Positions 59,049 through 64,000 of a DNA stretch of 64,000 bases are shown in pieces. The position numbers and the translations under genes are program-made. The stretch's first letter is position 1; each line of letters opens with the position of its first letter. The notes beneath the pieces were generated by a model. The model made no database searches. It had not been told where the DNA came from and was given only the letters and a program-made list of their open reading frames with translations. The DNA comes from an uncultured Planctomycetota bacterium (GTDB taxonomy: Bacteria > Planctomycetota > Planctomycetia > Isosphaerales > Isosphaeraceae): NCBI GenBank assembly GCA_963845755.1, contig CAWJTV010000024.1, forward strand, positions 157,352 through 221,351, given 5' to 3'.

Positions 59049-60110
59049 CTAGGCGGGCTGCGGCGTGAGCCGGAAATCGCGGAAAATCAGCTTCTCGGGG
59101 TCGGTCTCGCCGAGGCTGACGTCGGCCAGGAGCCGGACACCCGGCAGCAGTTGGAGCTGGATCTCGTCGGGCAAGATCGACTCGTGGAGCCGAACCGTCC
59201 GGCCGGGATCCCAGGATGGGACGGCGGCCTCGACCATCCGCTCGGCGTCGACCGTGGAGATGCCGACGACACGCACGAGGGATCGCCACAAGTCCGGTAC
59301 AGCGGCGGCAGACGCCGGGCTCGATCCGCTCGACCCGGTCTCAGGGGACGGTGGGCCCGGTTCTCCGACAGCCTCACCGAGCCGGCACCGGACCTGGAAC
59401 GGCTCGCTCTCGTATCGACTCAGAGCGAATGGATTCTTCGTGATGACGTGACAACGCAAGCGACACGAAATCTCCGCCTGCTCTCTCGGGAGCATCACGA
59501 CGGCCCAGGTCACGAGATCGCGGCCGAAGAGCGGTTCGTTGTGCCGGTCGAATCGCCACTCACACCGCGATGAACCGATGCCGACGGCGGAGACGTTCGG
59601 CGTGGCGACGGCGGCGCCGAGCTGGAGCCTGGCGTCCGCGTCGCGAGGGGCGAACAGGCTCAGGCCCTCGAATTCCATCCGAGCGGCATCCGAGGATAGG
59701 TTGCCCTCGATCGCGTCAACCTCGCCTGTGGCGGACAGCGTGCCGTGGACCATCGAATCCGCACGATCGATGAACTGGGAGGACGGAAATAACGAGACAA
59801 CCATGCAGGTTCCCGGGTTGTCCGAGTAATCGGCCTCGATCCCCAGGGATGAGGCATCCGCGTGTCCCCTGAGGCGGAGGATCGAAAACCGATAAGGGAT
59901 CAGCCAGAGCTCGAACCCGCGTTCCAGGATTTCCCGGCTGTGCGCGGCGGGCTTGCCGAATCGCTCGAACAGCGACCGCACGCGCAGAGCGAGCGAGGCA
60001 TCACCGACCCGCACGGTGAATGCCGGCGGCTCGTCAACCGGCGGCGTCCCGAACAACAGCCCCTGTTCCAATCCCTTGTTGAGCGGTTGATCGACGGGGA
60101 TTTCGATCAT
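59049..60110 (-). CDS. Hypothetical two-domain protein (beta-rich N-domain, Pro/Ser linker, ~80-aa C-domain)
   Basis: GGAG RBS before MIEIPVDQ; long ORF with coding-like composition; no family recognised. Confidence 0.65.
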   Translation of the reverse strand: MIEIPVDQPLNKGLEQGLLFGTPPVDEPPAFTVRVGDASLALRVRSLFERFGKPAAHSREILERGFELWLIPYRFSILRLRGHADASSLGIEADYSDNPGTCMVVSLFPSSQFIDRADSMVHGTLSATGEVDAIEGNLSSDAARMEFEGLSLFAPRDADARLQLGAAVATPNVSAVGIGSSRCEWRFDRHNEPLFGRDLVTWAVVMLPREQAEISCRLRCHVITKNPFALSRYESEPFQVRCRLGEAVGEPGPPSPETGSSGSSPASAAAVPDLWRSLVRVVGISTVDAERMVEAAVPSWDPGRTVRLHESILPDEIQLQLLPGVRLLADVSLGETDPEKLIFRDFRLTPQPA

Positions 60111-60492
60111 GATGGTCTCCGTGTGGGGCGGCAAACGGCTTCCTTCTGGGGGCGTTATCGAGGCTACCGCCCAGTTTAGTCGGAAGAGGATCGCCCTGCC
60201 ACCAGCGGGCCCCCACGACATCCTGGAGCAGGTCGAGCCCACCCGGCTGGCTTCAAGGCGATTCCTTCCTTGGGCAAGGCGAAACTCGGGTACACCTCGA
60301 GGCGTGGGTTGGCCGAGCTGACGAGCCGCCGTCGGCTCGCGACCTCTCACCCCAGCGTCACTCGGGGGCACGGGGCCCTCCATATCAAGAGCGAAACACG
60401 GGCGCGGGAGACGGCGAAGTGGCGGGGCTGGAACTTAACCTGCGTCCCAGGGGTGTACCTGCGACGGCAGAGTCGTTAATGCGCCCCGTCCC

Positions 60493-61991
60493 GAATGCCG
60501 CGAATTTAAGCTGCAACCTTGTTGTCCAGAAGCTCTTTACGTAGTTCTCTGCGGGGTTTGGTCATCAGATCGTACTGTTTCGGGCGGCGCTTCTTGACGC
60601 GCGGCTCGAATCGACCCTTCCGCTTGGGGACGGTCAAGATCACCGACAGATCCTCGTCCCCTTCGGCGCCCACCAGCCATCGCACTGCGTCGGTCACGCT
60701 CACCCGGTCCGCAGCCACGCCCTGAGCCTGCGCCGCCTGGCACGCCACCGATCGCACCAGGTTGTACACCAGGGCGAAGACCGCCAGCTCCTTCAACACG
60801 CCATCCACTGTCTTGCACTTCAGCACATCCATCTTCAACGTGATCTTCAAGTCTCTCAGATAAACTTCCACCTGCCATCGCCGGAAGTACAGATCCGCCA
60901 GCGCCTCCGCCGGGTACACCGACGCGTCCAGGAGCGTCGTCACCAGCGTCACCTCGCCGACACGGTATCCCGGCGTCGAGACCTTATATCGCAGCTCACG
61001 CACCGCGATCTCTTCTTGCAGTGACGCATACTCATCCTTGGTGATCCATCTCGGATCAGACTTGGGCTTGGACCAGATGACTACTTGATCGGATTCGCCC
61101 TGCGAGAGCACCCACCGCGAATGCGGACGGATCTTTGCCTCGTGCGGCTTCTTCCCCTTGCCCCGCACCGCCTGCGGCCGACCCGGAGTGAAGTCGATGA
61201 TCTGGCGCTGATGCGCGCGGAAGACCCCGTGCTGCTTGCGGTTCAGGAGGATGGCCAGGTGAGCGTATGAGCAAAAGGCGCGGTCACCCAGCGCGATGTC
61301 GCCGGGGTTCAGAGCGGAGGTGGCCACGGCGCATCGCGCCATCTCGTGCGAGCGGAGCGGCGCCGGCTCGACCCGCAGGAGCATGCCGGTGGCCAGGTCG
61401 AAGAGTGCCAGAAACTTGGCGACCGGGAAGCCGCATCCCCGCCGCTGGCCGCTGGGCTGGCCGAATGCCTCCTGCAGCTCGCGGGTGTCGGGCATCGAGA
61501 AGCTCGACCCGTCGAGGAGCCAGACCCGGTGGCCGTGCCAGGTCGATTGGGCCGTCGTCGCCGTCCGGACACTCGCGGCGATCCGCGCAGCAAGGCGGCG
61601 GAGGACCGCCAGGGGGAGCCGCTTCCGCGCGGCACAGTAGGCGGCATCGGTGAAGTTCCATCGGCCGAAGTGGACCACGTGCGAACAGGCGGTGTTGCCG
61701 TGAAGGATCTGGAGGATAAACAGATAGACGGTCGTGACCGGATCGAGCATCCGCTGGCGCCACGAGTATTTCTCCTGCTTGCATGCCTGCTCGATGGCCT
61801 CGCGAGAAAGCCCGTCGGCGAGGTCTTGCTTGAGACGGCCCAAGATGGTGACAATCCGTACCGGCACGGGAGGGCTCCTTCGGGGTCAGGGTGGCTGGGA
61901 CCTACCACCAGATTGCCCGGAGCCCCTCCTTTGCTCAAGATGCTACAACTTGTTTAGAAGGCAGGATTTGTGCACTAACTTCGTGGCATTC
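60493..61991 (-). mobile_element. Complete IS4-family element, 1499 bp, with 16-bp IRs and 11-bp target duplication
   Basis: IRs GAATGCCGCGAATTTA / GAATGCCACGAAGTTA (14/16); CGCCCCGTCCC at 60482-60492 and 61992-62002. Confidence 0.92.
60506..61867 (-). CDS. IS4 family DDE transposase
   Basis: 'LLDGSS', 'LGDRAF', 'LYFRRWQVE...RDLK'. Confidence 0.95.
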   Translation of the reverse strand: MPVRIVTILGRLKQDLADGLSREAIEQACKQEKYSWRQRMLDPVTTVYLFILQILHGNTACSHVVHFGRWNFTDAAYCAARKRLPLAVLRRLAARIAASVRTATTAQSTWHGHRVWLLDGSSFSMPDTRELQEAFGQPSGQRRGCGFPVAKFLALFDLATGMLLRVEPAPLRSHEMARCAVATSALNPGDIALGDRAFCSYAHLAILLNRKQHGVFRAHQRQIIDFTPGRPQAVRGKGKKPHEAKIRPHSRWVLSQGESDQVVIWSKPKSDPRWITKDEYASLQEEIAVRELRYKVSTPGYRVGEVTLVTTLLDASVYPAEALADLYFRRWQVEVYLRDLKITLKMDVLKCKTVDGVLKELAVFALVYNLVRSVACQAAQAQGVAADRVSVTDAVRWLVGAEGDEDLSVILTVPKRKGRFEPRVKKRRPKQYDLMTKPRRELRKELLDNKVAA

Positions 61992-62029
61992 CGCCCCGTC
62001 CCCCTTCTCGCCCCGTCCCTCTTTTCGCC

Positions 62030-63199
62030 CTATTCCTCGTAATCGCCGATGGTAAGACTCTTGAAGACAGACTGCCGAGAGAAACAGTTTGCAATATCAA
62101 ACATGTATTCGCACATTGTCTGACATGGGATTCGCTCAAGATAGCCGGTCCATCTTGCGACAGCGTGGTAGCGTCCGTCTTTCAAGGCTTCTACGAGCAC
62201 TCTGTTGTTATCGATAAGCTCCACGGTGTCTTTGTCGTGGCTGTCCAAAGTCCACAGCCCGGCTTGTCGCGTGCGATGCACCAGCTCGTTCCATTGTGGC
62301 ATAGTTATGTCTATTGACCTATCGATCGCGATCAATCCGGGGTTATCCACCCATACCCCGTCGAGGACGACGAACCTCAGTTTCACGGAATGGCCATCGT
62401 TCTCAACACGGACGCAAAAAGGGTGCCGATCGGGGTGCAGGCAAAGGAATCGGTAGACTTCAATCTTTTTGTCCTTGGGGGAGAGGTGCCACAAAGACGG
62501 CTCTTTCATCGCTTCCAGGTGCCTGCCGTATTCATCGCTCAGGAACGCGTCGATTGTTTTGTCTTTATTAAAATTCATGTCTGGGAAATATGAGCTGTTC
62601 TGCAACGCGAAAATCGGAATTGAGGCTGGGATGAGAACGCTCAATAATGCCAGAGACCAGATGATTTTGCCGCGGGTAACGACGCGACGGTGAGATACCT
62701 CACCTGGTGCCTGGCCACGAGTTCTGGGCCGGCGGCAATCGTGAATGACGCAAGCGATTGAGCCGCCGACGGCGGCCAGGATCAGAGTCGCGATCAGATG
62801 ACCTATGGCTAGTTCGTAACCATAAATCCCAACATCCTCAATTTTCAAATAGCTTTTATAAGATAGCGCCGCTTTTTTTATAAGTGTTGTCGTTGCCAAG
62901 AAGTGATTAACGGCAACTTGTTCATCCAGCTCGTCATAGGTGTTCTTGCCTGATTCGGGCCGCAATCCAAGGCCCAGGAACAGGTAAGACCAGCCGACAA
63001 CTGCAAATCCAAACCAAAATGCCGAGAGCGTCCCTCGGGAGAATCTAGCTGCCAATGCGGATACAAGTAAGATCCCGATGGTCGCTGTGTAGAGCGATCG
63101 AAACCACGTTTCGGAGCCGGAGCGGAACGCGGCGAATCCCACCGCAAGGACCAGTACCAGAGACATGAGCCCGACGATAGGGATGTGGAGACCTTTCAT
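62030..63199 (-). CDS. Hypothetical membrane protein, lower GC than its surroundings
   Basis: Several TM helices ('GLMSLVLVLAVGFAAFR', 'FWFGFAVVGWSYL') and a soluble C-domain. Confidence 0.7.
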   Translation of the reverse strand: MKGLHIPIVGLMSLVLVLAVGFAAFRSGSETWFRSLYTATIGILLVSALAARFSRGTLSAFWFGFAVVGWSYLFLGLGLRPESGKNTYDELDEQVAVNHFLATTTLIKKAALSYKSYLKIEDVGIYGYELAIGHLIATLILAAVGGSIACVIHDCRRPRTRGQAPGEVSHRRVVTRGKIIWSLALLSVLIPASIPIFALQNSSYFPDMNFNKDKTIDAFLSDEYGRHLEAMKEPSLWHLSPKDKKIEVYRFLCLHPDRHPFCVRVENDGHSVKLRFVVLDGVWVDNPGLIAIDRSIDITMPQWNELVHRTRQAGLWTLDSHDKDTVELIDNNRVLVEALKDGRYHAVARWTGYLERIPCQTMCEYMFDIANCFSRQSVFKSLTIGDYEE

Positions 63200-63273
63200 G
63201 GCGTTCCTCTATCTCCAGGTGGCAGATTGGTGTCGCTTCAATCGGAAAAATTAAAATTATTGATAATCATACT

Positions 63274-63929
63274 TCACCGCCCGACGGCCTTACTGACAGA
63301 CAACCGCAGTCCCACGGACGACATCACCTTCATCACGGTCGAGAATTCCGGGTTGCCGCCACTGTTCAGCGAGCGATAGAGGCTTTCGCGGGCCAACCCA
63401 GCCTCCTTGGCCACCTGGCTCATCCCACGTGCCTTGGCGATGCAGCCCAGCGCCTCGACCACGGTCGCCAGGTCGCCGGAGGCCAGAGCGTCATTGATCT
63501 CGGCGGTGAGTTCCTCATCGGTCTTGGAGGGGAACGACGAGGGTTTGGCTTCGACGAGCGGCGATTCCAACGCCTCCAGAAAGTGGGATTGCGTCGGCTC
63601 GACGGGCAGCCATTCCTCCGGTGTCGCTCGCGCGCGCAAATCTTCGACAAGCTCGCGATCGCACTGGGAGAGAAAGGCATTCCAATCCTGTGATGTCTTG
63701 AAGGTGACAGCCTGTTCGGCCGGGACCTTCATCAGCACGGCTTTCTTCCCGGCACGCACCAACCGCAGTACGTTGAGAGCCGTCCCGGCGCTCTTGCCGT
63801 CCCAGATCATGAGACCGAAGTCGGCCGTCTTCGCCATTTCCCGGTCCTTGGCTGCAAAGAAGTGAAACCCTTTCACATTCTTTGCCACCGCCACCTTGCA
63901 GGTTTCCCACAAGCCGAGATTGTTGCGTA
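63274..63929 (-). pseudogene. 5'-truncated fusion of a SLOG-like domain and an addiction-module antidote (HI1420-like HTH)
   Basis: 'RNNLG...KDREMA..ADFGLMIWDGKSAGT..NV' + 'ALGCIAKARGMSQVAKEAGLARESLYRSL...GNPEFSTVMKV'. Confidence 0.7.
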
Positions 63930-63978
63930 GGGGGGGGAAAGGGGACAGGGGGGGGAAAGGGGGGGGGGAAAGGGGACA
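63930..63978. repeat. G-rich AAAGGGG(AC) repeat cluster
   Basis: Three G-run/AAAGGGG units; complementary to GTCCCC(C)TT motifs at 61998-62025. Confidence 0.6.
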
Positions 63979-64000
63979 TAACGAATAAATTGTGCTATTC

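Noticed and set aside
63930..63978. Functional G-quadruplex
   Set aside because: G-runs are present, but homopolymer lengths are unreliable in this assembly and a repeat-family explanation is simpler.
1..64000. CRISPR array, tRNA, rRNA or integron attC array
   Set aside because: No regularly spaced repeat-spacer units, no cloverleaf or rRNA-like segments noticed, and no integrase or consistent attC sites. The repeats found are pairs or REP-like.

Overview
High-GC bacterial DNA, very likely from a planctomycete of Isosphaeraceae type. Markers are DUF1559, DUF1501 and DUF4058 genes, an LE-x-R-x-LL surface-protein motif, a TPR Ser/Thr kinase and a type III PKS cluster. 1-9.7 kb: two tandem paralogous giant surface proteins (beta-propeller, Ig-like stalk, Calx-beta) with nearly identical C-terminal halves. 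9.8-49.5 kb: hydrolases (DmpA peptidase, amidohydrolase, two esterases with a MarR gene and operator, a GH-like protein, sulfatase, CE15 esterase), an ABC operon containing a STAS protein, a MetE-like gene coupled to a PAS hybrid kinase, a methyltransferase/FAD-oxidoreductase/type III PKS cluster, HtpX/LemA, a FitA/VapC pair, and a probable selenoprotein (exported peroxiredoxin-like, W-UGA-P-F-C plus a SECIS-like hairpin). 49.5-64 kb: an accessory and toxin-antitoxin decay region with PIN and HigBA modules, a second DUF5678-like + retropepsin gene pair (the first is at 11.2-12.3 kb), a 295-bp Tn3-like MITE, a complete IS4 with 11-bp target duplication, and many gene remnants. About ten single-site frameshifts in otherwise intact genes suggest long-read indel errors. 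No CRISPR array, rRNA or tRNA was recognised. All family assignments come from motif recognition by eye; no searches were run.
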